A stretch of DNA of 64,000 nucleotides from Eledone cirrhosa (Eukaryota), in assembly GCA_964016885.1 (NCBI GenBank), contig OZ024752.1, forward strand, positions 36,456,001-36,520,000, given 5' to 3'. Positions within the stretch are counted from its first letter, which is position 1. Every line of letters starts with the position of its first letter. This document shows positions 50,962-64,000 of this stretch, piece by piece. The translations under genes were made by a program, and so were the position numbers. Below the pieces are notes generated by a model, which was given only the letters and a program-made list of their open reading frames with translations, was not told the origin of the DNA and did not search any database.

Positions 50962-51164
50962 TACGAGGGTGGGCTGAAAAGTTTATAGATTGATTATGAA
51001 GGAGTGATGCTAAAGCATTGAAATCTTGCTTGCATTAATTTAAACTCTTTTTCTTAATAACCGCATTGTTTCTTCCCAGGGACTATGTTAAAAAATAAAC
51101 CTCATTTGGTCATTCCATGAGAGTATTTTGGTCAGCCTAAGAACTTTTCAGCCGACTGTCGTAT
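50962..51164. mobile_element. Tc1/mariner-type MITE
   Basis: ta-cgagggtgggctgaaaagtt ... aacttttcagccgactgtcg-ta, TA flanks. Confidence 0.65.
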
Positions 51165-51558
51165 ATCATTCATTGAACGAATTTTCATTATGTCGTCGGA
51201 AATAAATTTACACAAAATTTCTCTAATATATATATATACATACATATATATAGATATATTCTAAACAAAAGATAAGTTTTTTTTTTTTGTGCGATGTTTA
51301 TTATCATTATTATATTTCTATATAGTGTTTATATTAATTGTTGACATTGAAGAGAAAAGAGAAAGAGAAAAGGAGAAAGAATGCAGCCCGTTCGTGAGTT
51401 TTGTAAAGCTATCCCCGCCATATTGGCCATGTCGAATCAACATCAAACATCTGTACTAAGACAAACAACGTAGTGTATATATATATATATATATATAAAT
51501 ATATATATAAATGAAGTAATTCCGTCGGAAAGGTCCAGGAAAAAAATTGTTCTCTGTG

Positions 51559-51592
<34 letters not shown>

Positions 51593-51615
51593 TGATCATA
51601 TAATATATACAAAAA

Positions 51616-51649
<34 letters not shown>

Positions 51650-51788
51650 CTTATTCATACTGATAAAATAATGATCGAATTAAATTTACAATGATAAATT
51701 CAACCATGAAATGAAAAATGTCTTTTAAAAAATAAAATTTCTGTAGTAAAATAATATTCGATAAAAAGTATATACATATATACACACA

Positions 51789-51842
<54 letters not shown>

Positions 51843-52299
51843 CATACACATGCAGTAATAAACTTTTGGAATCGAATCGTGTTATTAAGAATGAAAATAT
51901 AGAAAAACGGGGAACAAAAAATAGGAGTAAATTAATAAATATGTATGTATGTATGTATATATATATATATAATATATTATATACACTGCTTCCAACTTTA
52001 ACGGCACTGACACACAAAAACAAAAGGTAAAGATAATCTTTAACGATGTTTCTTGTAGAATATATAGTTAATATTTAAAAAAAAAAGATTTTTCTTTCAA
52101 AAATAACATAACATAAACGTTATTTATTGTTGAATTCTCATTTAAATATAAACTATAAATAAATATATTGATTACTTTTGAGGTGAACCGAGAAGATACT
52201 TACGATTTAGTCATCAAAAGGTGTCATTATTTATTTTTTCGATATATTAATTAGTGTGAAATAGACAACATAAAAGAGATGTCACTTTCATGCTTTGTG

Positions 52300-53370
52300 T
52301 GTGTGCGGGTGTTTGTTTGGTATCATTGACGACAAAATAAAGCACATTGTTATTTATAGTTATATTATATTATAACTGCTAATAATAATAGTAGAAGTAG
52401 AACTAAAATGAAAATTGAACACACATTAGGGTAGAATTATTTGTTGAAACTGTTAATAAATTGTGTTTGTTTGGTGTCTACCATCGACGACAAAACTAAA
52501 AGCACATTGTTATTTATAATTACTACTGTTGACTGGTAATAGTAGAAGTAGAACTATGAGGAAAATTGAACACATTAGGGGAGAAATATTTGTAGGAACT
52601 GTTAATAAATTCTGTGTTTGTTATCGACAAGAAAAAAAAAAAAAAAAATAAAGCACGTTGTTTAATTATGTATATTATGAATGTTAATAAAAAATATTAG
52701 AACTAAAAGGAAAATTTGACACACATCATGGTAGAATTACTTGTTGGAACTGTTAATAAATTGTGTGGTTGTTTGTTATCATCGATGAGAAAAAAAAGCA
52801 CATTGTTATTTATATTTATGACTGGCGATAATTGTAATAGTAGTAGAAGTAGAGGTAAAAGTGAAGAAAAAGTGAACACATATTAGCAGGGAATTATTTG
52901 TAGCAAGTGCTAGCTAATAAATTGTGTGGTATCTATCACCGACAACCAAAAATAAAGCACATTGTTATTTATATTATAACTGGTGGGAATAATAGAAGTA
53001 GAACGAAGAGGAAAACTGAACACACAGGGTAGAAGTATTTGTATGAACTGTTAATAAATTGTGTGTGTGTGTTTGTTATTATCGACGACCAAAAGAAAGC
53101 TCAAGTACGTTATTATTTATATTATAATTGGTAATAATAATAATAGAAGAACTATAAGAAAAATTGAACACACATTAGGGTAGAAATATTTGTTAGAACT
53201 GTTAATAAATTGTATTTGTTTGGTATCTAACATCGACGACCAAAAAATAAAGCACATTGTTATTTATAATTACGACTGTTGATAATAATAATAGAAGTAG
53301 AACTAAAAGGAAAATTAAATATACATCAGAGTAGAATTATTTGTAGGAAGTGTTAATACATAGTGTGTCA
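52300..53370. repeat. Diverged satellite, about 150-160-bp unit, 7 copies
   Basis: Anchor motif aaagcacattgttatttat recurs at about 52339, 52499, 52650, 52795, 52955, 53096 and 53249. Confidence 0.9.
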
Positions 53371-53439
53371 TCTGTTATATAGTCCTATATAAGAGAAGAA
53401 GAGAGAAGCGTAAAATATGTATCATCGGCTTAAATAAAA

Positions 53440-53785
53440 ACACGATGGCGCCGGTAGTCAAGAAACGTACACTAACTAAACACGTACACAGCACAGCTTT
53501 AACATTCTTTTTATATTTTCTGCTATTATATTAACGTATTTTAATTAAACAATTTATACAAATTACAGGCAAATTAATATCTTGTTATATTTCCTTACCT
53601 TAATGATCACTTAGTTTAAAGGAATATATATATTTATATATATATATGTGTGTGTATGTATAGCATTGAATCTTATATGAATAATAATAGTCCAATAGTG
53701 ATAATACTGTAGTAAAACTGCTACGTTGATAAAAGTGTGTGTCAAGTAGAGGTCACGTTATCATTTTAGCTTCCGGTCTCACCAC
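53440..53785 (-). promoter_or_regulatory. Candidate promoter / first non-coding exon of the AT-hook gene
   Basis: Strong minus-strand donor AAG|GTAAGG at about 53598, ETS-like CCGGAAG at about 53770-53776 and YY1-like GATGGCG at about 53444, in a locally CpG-enriched unique stretch. The link to the 40073 acceptor is inference. Confidence 0.35.
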
Positions 53786-53952
53786 ACATCACACATATTT
53801 ACAGAGATGTATAATAAATAAATATAAAATAATATATATTTATATATATTATATATACATAATACATATATGCATTTATATACGAATATATACATATATA
53901 TATATATATTTGTATGTGTACACACACACACTCACACACATATATATATATA

Positions 53953-54049
53953 CAGGGCGTCCACCAAAAATGTATACACACATCAACAGCATTCTAATCG
54001 ATATTGCCTGCACAGGTAATCAAAGTGTGTATACATTTTTTGGGGGACA

Positions 54050-54052
<3 letters not shown>
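53953..54052. mobile_element. About 100-bp Tc1/mariner MITE in (TA)n
   Basis: TIRs cagggcgtccaccaaaaatgtatacaca / tgtgtatacattttttgggggacacc. Confidence 0.65.
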
Positions 54053-54120
<68 letters not shown>

Positions 54121-54146
54121 TATGCATGTATATATGTATATATATA

Positions 54147-54207
<61 letters not shown>

Positions 54208-54750
54208 GTTGAAGAAAACGAGATTTCACATTTATTGAAACATTGAAATGTATATATTCAAAACGTCCCCCTCTCCACCTCCACAAATACAGAAACATGC
54301 ATAAAAAACAAACAAAAAGCCCCCAAACGATATATATGCATATATACACAAAAACATATATACATGCACACACACATATACATATATATATATATATATA
54401 TACACATAAACGTACATATATACACATACATATATACTTATACACATACAGACATACATACACCCACATACATAAATACATTCATAACATGCACACACAC
54501 ATACACACACACATACATACATACATACATACATACATACATAAACACATACATAAAAACGTACATACATAAATACATACATAACATATAGACACACACA
54601 CACACATACATACATACATACATACATACATACATACCACACACATAAAAACGTACATACATAAATACATGCATACATTCATAACATAAAAACGTACATA
54701 CATAAGTACATGCATACATTCATAACATATACACATATATACATTCACAT
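54053..54750. repeat. Compound (TA)n/(CA)n/(CATA)n microsatellite region
   Basis: Directly visible. Confidence 0.9.
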
Positions 54751-55105
54751 ATCGATTGAGTATGACACAATTTGGTGTGCCCATTGCACTGAGATGCCCT
54801 TCTAAACGCCAATTTCTTCGAGGAAGGAACTACATAGACATATATTTTTTATCATACACCCACAAGCTACATTTAAAGTCGTTATATTAATCTTAATTTG
54901 GACGGTCGCTAAGATAAATTATTTACAATGGAGTCGACGGGAAATGAAAAAAAAACAAAACAGTCTAAACAAAATGGCAAAAGCTGCAAATTTGTTTACG
55001 TACCAGAAGATACACAGTAGAGAAAAGAGCTGTGATGGTAGATTGGTAATAAAGAGTCGTAGTGTAGTGTGTTTATATATATATATATATATATATATAC
55101 GTGTG

Positions 55106-55138
<33 letters not shown>

Positions 55139-55381
55139 GAGTGTGTGTACACACACATATATATATATATTTTTATATATATGTATTGGGCCGTCAAGTA
55201 TGGAATTTGTAGAAGTTTGTACAAATTTTCTACAAATTTCTACAAATTTCATACTTGACCCAATATATGTATGTATGTATGTATGTGTATGTATATGTAT
55301 GTATATATATATATACGTCTATGTATATATATCAAGCTGTCGAAACGGCCGGAGCTCAGTCGTCGGGGTCCTGACTCTTTT

Positions 55382-55440
<59 letters not shown>

Positions 55441-55522
55441 TAAAATAACAGATTAAAGTTTAAGCAAAGAATCGCTGCTTTCACCCTCTTTGGATTTTAG
55501 TCTTCAATTTTATTATTATTAC

Positions 55523-55581
<59 letters not shown>

Positions 55582-55703
55582 GAAATGTAGAAAAGTGACA
55601 CACGAGTTGATTTATATAAACAAATAGTAAAAAGGAAAAAAATACAGTAGAAAATGCTGGAGGGATTTTTTCAGTATAATATCATTTATATAATATATAT
55701 ATA

Positions 55704-55741
<38 letters not shown>

Positions 55742-55908
55742 TTGAAATGAACGAACAAGACACAGGAGGGGCAATTGTACAGTTATATTAGGTTCACGCT
55801 TGCTAAAAGGGAAAAATAAATAATGTATACACTTCCTTCGTATTTCGAATTAGAAAAATAACAACAAAGCTAAATATTTTAAAAACATTTATTTACTACT
55901 AACCTCGT

Positions 55909-56049
<141 letters not shown>

Positions 56050-56313
56050 CACACACACATACACACACACACATACGTATATATATATATATATATGTGT
56101 GAGGGGTGTGTGTGTATGTGCGCATGCGTGCGAGTGTATCTATGTGTGTATGTAGTATGTATATATATATATATACACACACATATATATATATATATAT
56201 ATGTATACCTATGTATCGGTCTGTGGCAAATAAAGAAACATCTATCTATCTATATATCTATTTATCAATTTAAATATATATATATATCAGTTTATGTCTC
56301 TCTCTCTGTCTCT

Positions 56314-56375
<62 letters not shown>

Positions 56376-56932
56376 TAAGGTTAACCAAACGGGGATGTGC
56401 AGACCACATTATGGTCTGTTGGTTGTGAAACAGATAAAAAGAAGCGCTTAACGGTTGGCGGAGGTCATACTGGACACCGCCATTATCGTTACACTTTCCA
56501 CCGCTTGCCTTCCTATAGAACTATAGTACAGTCGGCCGGGGAGCTTGCCTTCCTATAGAACTATAGTACAGTCGGCCGGGGACAAGTATTCTCAAGATAT
56601 CTTGCATATTGAGAGAAGAGCTACGTCAATTACAGCTCCGATACTACGGACATGTGGTTAGAATGTCTCAGGAAAGAATCGCTGGACAGATTTTAAGGGC
56701 AAAACCAACCAGCAAGAGACTCAGGGGTAGACCCCGAGCAAGATGGTTGGATAACATCCATGATCTTGGCTGGTCTCGTTTGGGGATCCAGCTGGATCAG
56801 TTGTTGATGGTTGCTTCTGACAGGATCTGCTGGAAGGAGTGTTCAACCCTTTAGAATTTACATTACTCTATTTACTATTGCATTTTCACGGTAAAGGCTT
56901 TACCTCACGTAATATCTCGCATAATATCGAAT

Positions 56933-57406
56933 CTATGAGATTTTGATATTATTTATTTTGAGAACAACACCTTAGCATCAGTATGAGTGTCCAGTTAAGG
57001 CCGGTTTGAACAGAAAGAGATGAGAAAGTTCTGGCCAGATATGGCCGGTTTAAATGCTAAAGGGTTAAGGGCTCGTCTCCCACGACCCTCTCCTATGAGA
57101 TTTTGATATTATTTATTTTGAGGACACCTTAACATCAGTATGAGTGTCCAGTTAAGGCCGGTTTGAACAGAAAGAGATGAGAAAGTTGTGGCCAGATATG
57201 GCCGGTTTAAATGCTAAAGGGTTAAGGGCTCGTCTCCCACGACCCTTTCCTATGAGATTTTGATATTATTTATTTTGAGGACACCTTAACACCAGTATGA
57301 GTGTCCAGTTAAGGCCGGTTTGAACAGAAAGAGATGAGAAAGTTGTGGCCAAATATGGCCGGTTTAAATGCTAAAGGGTTAAGGGCTCGTCTCCCACGAC
57401 CCTCTC
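56933..57406. repeat. About 158-bp tandem triplication of a piggyBac-MITE end plus flanking RTE sequence
   Basis: ctatgagattttgatatt...gggttaagggctcgtctcccacgaccc repeated three times. Confidence 0.9.
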
Positions 57407-57701
57407 AACAATATGTAGGCGCAAAAGAAGAAGGGCAAAGTTGATTTTACTCCCCCAAGTACTTAACTGAGAGGCAAAGTTGACCTCGGCGAGATTTGAA
57501 CTCAGAACGTAGAAAGTTGTAACTAAATACTTCAGAGCATTTTGTCCAGCGCTCTACCGATTATTGCAAATCTACCATCTTAATTAGCTGACAAATAAAA
57601 TAGAAATGAAACTCAACTGACACGTGTAATTTTTATATTGGGAGCATGACTTTCCAAGAATATAACACCACAGTCACACACACACAGTCACACACACACA
57701 G

Positions 57702-57816
<115 letters not shown>

Positions 57817-57844
57817 CTTATACATATATATATATATATCTATG

Positions 57845-57877
<33 letters not shown>

Positions 57878-58691
57878 CACATATACACATATATCACCTG
57901 GTAATTGGATTGGCGATGTTTGATGTATCGTCAGGTTAAATAAATAAAAACCCAAAATAAAAATCCAAAAGAAATCCAAGCAAGTTATATGAAGTATTCC
58001 GCTGCGCCATTCCCATTAAAGGGTTCTTTACATTTTCATTGCCGCCTTCGCCATTTGTAATTTTTATGGATCATGGATTTATATTTCTTTCTTGACAATT
58101 CCAACTTAGTCAGGAGAGTTGACAGCTTAATAATTGTTTCTACTTTTGGCCAGCAAATTACCCAGTGCATTACTGGTACTTTATTTTTATCGACCCCGTA
58201 AGGATGAAAGGCAAAGATAACCTCGGCGGGATTTGAACTCAGAATGGCAAGGGCCGTAACTCTATGCGTCAAAGCATGGCGTCCGACCCTCTCCCGATAC
58301 TGCCAATAATGTTTTCTAATTTAGGTACAAAAGCTAGCAATTTTGGAGGAGGAGAAAATTGATTATATCGAGACCCCTAGTGTGTTACTGGTACTTTATT
58401 TTATCGAACCCCTCCCCCAATAACTATGAAGGACAAAGCTAACCGCGGCCGGAATTGAAATAATAATGATTTCTACGATAGGCACCAGGCCAGCAGTTTT
58501 GGGGAAGGGGAAAGTAAGTTAAATCGACACCAGTGCGTTACTGGTACTTTATTTTATAGACCCCGTAAGGATGAAGGGCAAAGCTAACCTATCAAAACAA
58601 ACTCTATCTGTAGTCTGTCCAGGAGTTTAATAGTTATTGAAATGGTTAGTACATTTTAATTCCTTTTTTCCGGTTATTATGTATTTTCCGA

Positions 58692-58880
58692 GGGCGGTGG
58701 ATTGGCAGTACCGGTAGAGGGTCGGACGCCATGCTTTCCAGCATAGTTACGTCCCTTTACGATCTGAGTTCAAATCCCGCCGAGGTTGACTTTGCCTTTC
58801 ATCCTTACGGGGTCGATAAAATAAAGTACCAGTAATGCACTGGGTAATTGCTGGCCTTGTGCCTAAAGTAGAAACAATTA
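58692..58880 (+). mobile_element. Full-length tRNA-derived SINE, representative of more than 20 copies in the window (e.g. 18398, 22381, 25501, 29936, 33203, 41001, 50183, 58129, 60895, 62384, 63106)
   Basis: A-box TGGCAGTACCGG, B-box GAGTTCAAATCC and core gcctttcatccttacggggtcgataaaataaagtaccagt. TSD tattttccg at 58682-58690 and 58883-58891. Confidence 0.9.
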
Positions 58881-59060
58881 TATATTTTCCGTTTGTTCAT
58901 AGATTATACGCATTGCACCAAAGCGGTTTTCAACCCATGTAATTCAAAACACACTTCTTTGTGTGTTTATTTTTATATATTATACTATAAAGAGTCTAGT
59001 TTTTATAGTTTGAGCTCATTAATTACAGGGAATTAACGCAAGTTTTTAACCCCGGTTTTC

Positions 59061-59096
<36 letters not shown>

Positions 59097-59098
<2 letters not shown>

Positions 59099-59284
59099 GA
59101 TATTAAACAAATGGAAACTATATTTATAATATCCCAGAAATATATATAACGAAATAAATATGGTTTTATAAATATAGTTTCCATTTGTTTAATATCGTAA
59201 ACCTACTCCAAAAACTGTTGAGTGCTTTTATATCAGTTATAAAATATTTACTCGTTGTAACCCAACAATTTTAAATAAAACTTT

Positions 59285-59320
<36 letters not shown>

Positions 59321-59514
59321 CAAAAGGGATAATTAATTTGTTGGTAATTCAACAAATATAAATGTTTATAACTGATTCGAAGCACTCGACAAGTTTTCTG
59401 GAGTATAATATTCAATGATATTAAATAAATGGAAACTATATTTATAAAACCATATTTATTCTATTATATATATTTCATGGGTACCAAAACTTTGGTACGC
59501 TCTCATCAGATAAA

Positions 59515-59545
<31 letters not shown>

Positions 59546-59600
59546 GGAGGTATATTTCAAGGGTACCAAAACGTTGGTACGCTCTCATCAGATAAAATAT
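59097..59600. mobile_element. Cluster of fragments of the same hammerhead-bearing (Penelope-like) family as palindrome 1
   Basis: Shares gaaataaatatggttttataaatatagtttccat and the downstream tail with 9702-9840. Fragments occur in both orientations, separated by (TA)n. Confidence 0.75.
59459..59515 (-). ncRNA. Minimal hammerhead ribozyme motif; partial second copy at 59551-59598
   Basis: ttttat-CUGAUGA-gagcgtaccaaa/tttggtacccat-GAAA-UAUAUA-UA-atagaa. The second copy has stem II gagcgtaccaa/ttggtaccctt but lacks stem I'. Confidence 0.6.
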
Positions 59601-59680
59601 ATATATATATATATATATGGAGGTGTATTTATGTGTGTATGTGTGTGTGTATATCAGTGTATGTATGTGTAAGTGTGTAT

Positions 59681-59740
<60 letters not shown>

Positions 59741-59743
<3 letters not shown>

Positions 59744-60199
59744 CATACGTCAAAACGGCCGGTCTCAAAAGTGAAACTAATTTTTGACAGTTACGTACAC
59801 GTTATAAGAGTTATTTAAATTTATATATATAAAATAAAGGAGCAAATAAGCGCATATGAAGTCAGTCATGTGTGTGTGTGTGTGTGTAAACGAATGTAAA
59901 AGTACACACACATATACACTTATATATGCACACATACACACTATAATATATACACGTGTGTGTGTATATATGTGTGTGTGTGTGTAAAATTCTAGGAAAC
60001 CTTATCTATGCCCTACATATATTCTTTTAGATTCGTTTACACACACACACACATATATATACACACACACATGACTGACTTCATATGCGCTTATTTGCTC
60101 CTTTATTTTATATATATAAATTTAAATAACTCTTATAACGTGTACGTAACTGTCAAAAATTAGTTTCACTTTTGAGACCGGCCGTTTTGACGTATGCCT
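59741..60199. mobile_element. Foldback/MITE-like element with about 135-bp perfect TIRs, inserted in (TA)n
   Basis: aggcatacgtcaaaacggccgg...gtcagtcatgtgtg is the reverse complement of 60062-60199. A further imperfect inner IR follows (gtaaacgaatgtaaaag / cttttagattcgtttac). Confidence 0.8.
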
Positions 60200-60473
60200 A
60201 TATATATATATATATCTCCCTCTCCCCACTCCACCCGCCACCACCTCTACTCACCCCACACCCTTCCACCACCTGTTTGCCCCCCTTTTAATTTCAGTTT
60301 ATTTTGATCATGCCTTTATTTTTAAATTTTCTCATTCCTTGTATTTTGATCATGCTTTATTTTTATTTATTATTTATTATATTTTTGTCTTTATTTGTTA
60401 ATTTTTCATTCGCACCGTTTCCTTTCGCTATATGTCTCTCCACCACTCCCCTACACACCTTTTGAACTCTTAC

Positions 60474-60504
60474 CTGAAGAAGGGCTTATGCCCGAAACGT
60501 CGTC
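60474..60504 (+). ncRNA. Hammerhead-core motif of a second Penelope-like family, stem I not intact
   Basis: CUGAAGA-a-gggc/ttat/gccc-GAAAC-gtc-GUC followed by aataaa at about 60540. No stem I pairing is visible. Confidence 0.45.
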
Positions 60505-61123
60505 CCCCACCTACCCCCCACTCTCCTGAGCGTGAATTTAATAAACATTTATCGTACTGCCTCTCTGTTCTGTCCCTGTTCAATTTTTCATTATATATAT
60601 ATATATGTATATGTGTGTGTGTGTGGTGTTTCCAGCCATGAAATGTACATTACAACACTAGTCAGTGAGTGACCTTGAAGAGAAATATGACAGACACTCC
60701 AAATTAGGTTATCAACACTATACTATATATTATCACACACTGAAAGAGTTAGTTGCAGAAGTAAATCAATTTAGAAAATAAAAAGATCTTAAACGAATAA
60801 CTAAGTTGAAAAACCTGGCATCGATCCCTATTTCCATAATATTTCCCCCCACCCCCCACCCTCGGCCCAACGGTCACTAGATTATTTCAATATATAGTTG
60901 TTTCTACTTTTGGCACAAGGCCAGCAATTAACCAGTACATTACTGGTACTTTATTTTATCGACCCCGTAAGGATGAAAGGCAAAGTTAACCTCGACGGGA
61001 TTTGAACTCAGACCCGTAAAGGGACGTAACTATGCTAGAAAGCAAATGTGTATATATATACTCTTTTACTCTTTTACCTGTTTCAGCCATCCGGCTGAGG
61101 CCATGCTGGGGCACCGCCCTTGA

Positions 61124-61868
<745 letters not shown>

Positions 61869-61954
61869 TATCTGTGAATTGACAAGTTACCAGAAGTTGA
61901 GCTACTCAAAATATTTATAATATCAAACACAGCAGGCTGTTCCATTGTTCAAAT

Positions 61955-62340
61955 ATTTGTAACTCATATTCTGAGCAACCGGAAGTTCAGTGCATACATG
62001 ATTGTAACTCTCTACTTGGGAATTAACGGAAGTCCAATGTTCACGCATATTTGTAACTCTCGTTTTCAGAACTAATGGAAGTACAATACATACACATGAT
62101 TGTAACTCTCATTTTCGGAACTACCGGAAGTACAATACATACACATGATTGTAACTCTCATTTTCGGAACTACCGGAAGTACAATACATACACATGATTG
62201 TAACTCTCATTTTCGGAACTACCGGAAGTACAATACATACATATAATTGTAACTCTCGTCTTCGGAACTACCGGAAGTACAATGTTTAAACAGAATTGTA
62301 ATTCTTCTCTTTGGAATTAACGGAAGTACAATGCATACGC
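61955..62340. repeat. 49-bp minisatellite, 8 copies, carrying ETS consensus sites
   Basis: Unit attgtaactctcattttcggaactaccggaagtacaatacatacacatg. Confidence 0.9.
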
Positions 62341-63270
62341 ACACTCGTGTGAGATTCTCCTCTTGTTCCTTTGAATAGAAATTATCGGTAGAGGGTCGGG
62401 CGCCATGCTTTGCAGCATAGAGTTATGGCCCTTTATGGTCTGAGTTCTAATTCCGCCGAGGTTAACTTTGCCTTTCATCCTTACAGGGTCGATAAAATAA
62501 AGTACCAGTAATGCACTGGGGGTAAATGCTGGTCTCGTGCCAAAAGTAGAAACAATTATTACGTGTATTTCGTCTGACTGTGGTAACTGGAAGAATGCCG
62601 TATGTAAGTATTGTTCCGTAACACCTGATGTGGTCGTAGCGACGCCGTATTAACATATGGCGTTTCTTGGTCATTTTAAGCCTGCCAGACCCCATCTCCT
62701 CTTCAAGCTTGAGCGCAGTAGATTTCTCCCAGAAAAGGACAAAAAGAAAGTGAGAAAGAGTTATGGAGGAAGAATCGACCCCAGGACTAGGCTTGCACTT
62801 TTTATTTTTATCGACCTTGAAAGGATGAAAGGCAAAGTTGACCTCGGCGGGTTTTGAGCTCAGAGAGTAGAGAGCCGAAAGCATTCTACCTGACGTTCTA
62901 ATGACTCTACCACTTCCCTACTTTGGAAGAATGCCACTGTGTAATAAATACAGGCTAAAATATACGTGTTATCATATAATGTGGGAAACAGAGAATTATG
63001 AGAGGAGAAAAACAGTCTTAAAACTAAAGCGTTCTCCTATAATACATATTTTTCATTTTCATAATGCTAATACAGAAATGAGTCAAACTGTTAATATATA
63101 TATATGCGGTGGATTGGCAGTATCGGTAGAGGGTCGGACGCCATGCTTTGCAGCATAGTTACGTCCCTTTACGATCTGAGTTCAAATCCCGTCGATAAAA
63201 TAAAGTACCAGTAATGAACTGGGTAATTTGCTGGCCTTGTGCCTAAAGTAGAAACAAATATATATATATA

Positions 63271-63623
63271 CAGTGGGATCTCAGTTCACGTACTTATTTC
63301 GTTCCTGAAGGCAGTTCGTCATCCAAAATGTTCGCAAACCGAAACTTTTTTTTTTTCCCCAAACAAAATGTTGAGTGAGAAATACAGTGAAAGAGAGAGA
63401 TTGTTTGTAAAAGACAGATAGATATCATCATTGTAACTAACCACACAGCAGGTGACTCGCTCTCGCCGATACTCCCAGCTTGTCACTAACTGTTGTTGCT
63501 GGCTTGCGCGTGTACGTTACTCGAGACACCGTTCGACAACCGAGACGTTTTATGTTCGGAAAAAATTGTTCGCGAACTGATCTGTTCGTGATGCGAGGCT
63601 TTCGTGGACCGAGGTTCCACTGT
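63271..63623. mobile_element. pogo/Tigger-like non-autonomous DNA transposon
   Basis: ta-cagtgggatctcagttcacg ... cgtggaccgaggttccactg-ta, TA TSD. Confidence 0.7.
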
Positions 63624-63944
63624 ACTTGCAACTTCCAAATTATGTGTTCATTGCTCCCTTCTTTCGTTTGTATCCACACCTGTATATAACATTTTCCAGA
63701 TATGTGAAGAATGTTATATTCTTGCAGTGTACTTCGTCATTTTTGGGAGATTCTTGAGAAACGGAGAAGGGTTGAACGAGCAGCTAGAAACCTTTCCTCA
63801 TAGACAACATTACTAGGCTATTGGAATTGTCCAATGGCAGCCGGATATACAACATGGTGGGTGGGGTGAATGAATAATAACTTCTTATTTATTTATTTGA
63901 TTAATCATTTATTTATTCAGTCATGGAGTAAAATTAATAATAAT

Positions 63945-63945
63945 T

Positions 63946-64000
<55 letters not shown>
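63945..64000. repeat. (TTTC)n microsatellite
   Basis: Directly visible. Confidence 0.95.

Noticed and set aside
61955-62340. CRISPR-like appearance of the regular arrays (also 33.5, 47.8 and 52.3 kb)
   Set aside because: The units are wholly repeated with no unique spacers, no cas genes are present, and the context is eukaryotic.

Overview
AT-rich, microsatellite- and SINE-dense animal genomic DNA. The repeat families suggest an octopod cephalopod (inference). I can support four minus-strand protein-coding genes. (1) The 5' end of RacGAP1/CYK-4 (coding exons 2780-2702, 1389-1248, 32-<1), with a candidate cell-cycle-type promoter near 7.6 kb. (2, 3) Two intact, tandemly duplicated three-coding-exon ITPA genes (inosine triphosphate pyrophosphatase, 190 aa each) at 16874-14795 and 23552-21398; they differ at 13 residues. 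(4) A single-coding-exon 1796-aa, mostly disordered nuclear protein with three AT-hooks (40049-34659). A U6 snRNA pseudogene lies at the junction of the ITPA duplication. The most striking non-coding structure is two adjacent long palindromes at 9.25-10.2 kb. Each carries a complete minimal type-I hammerhead ribozyme motif on both strands, and related hammerhead remnants occur at 17.8, 59.5 and 60.5 kb (Penelope-like/retrozyme-like elements). The rest is tRNA-derived SINEs, RTE/CR1/CRE LINE fragments, piggyBac/hAT/Tc1-mariner MITEs, minisatellites and (TA)n/(CA)n microsatellites. Nearly all short ORFs in the supplied track are repeat artefacts. All alignments and counts were done by eye; no database searches were run.
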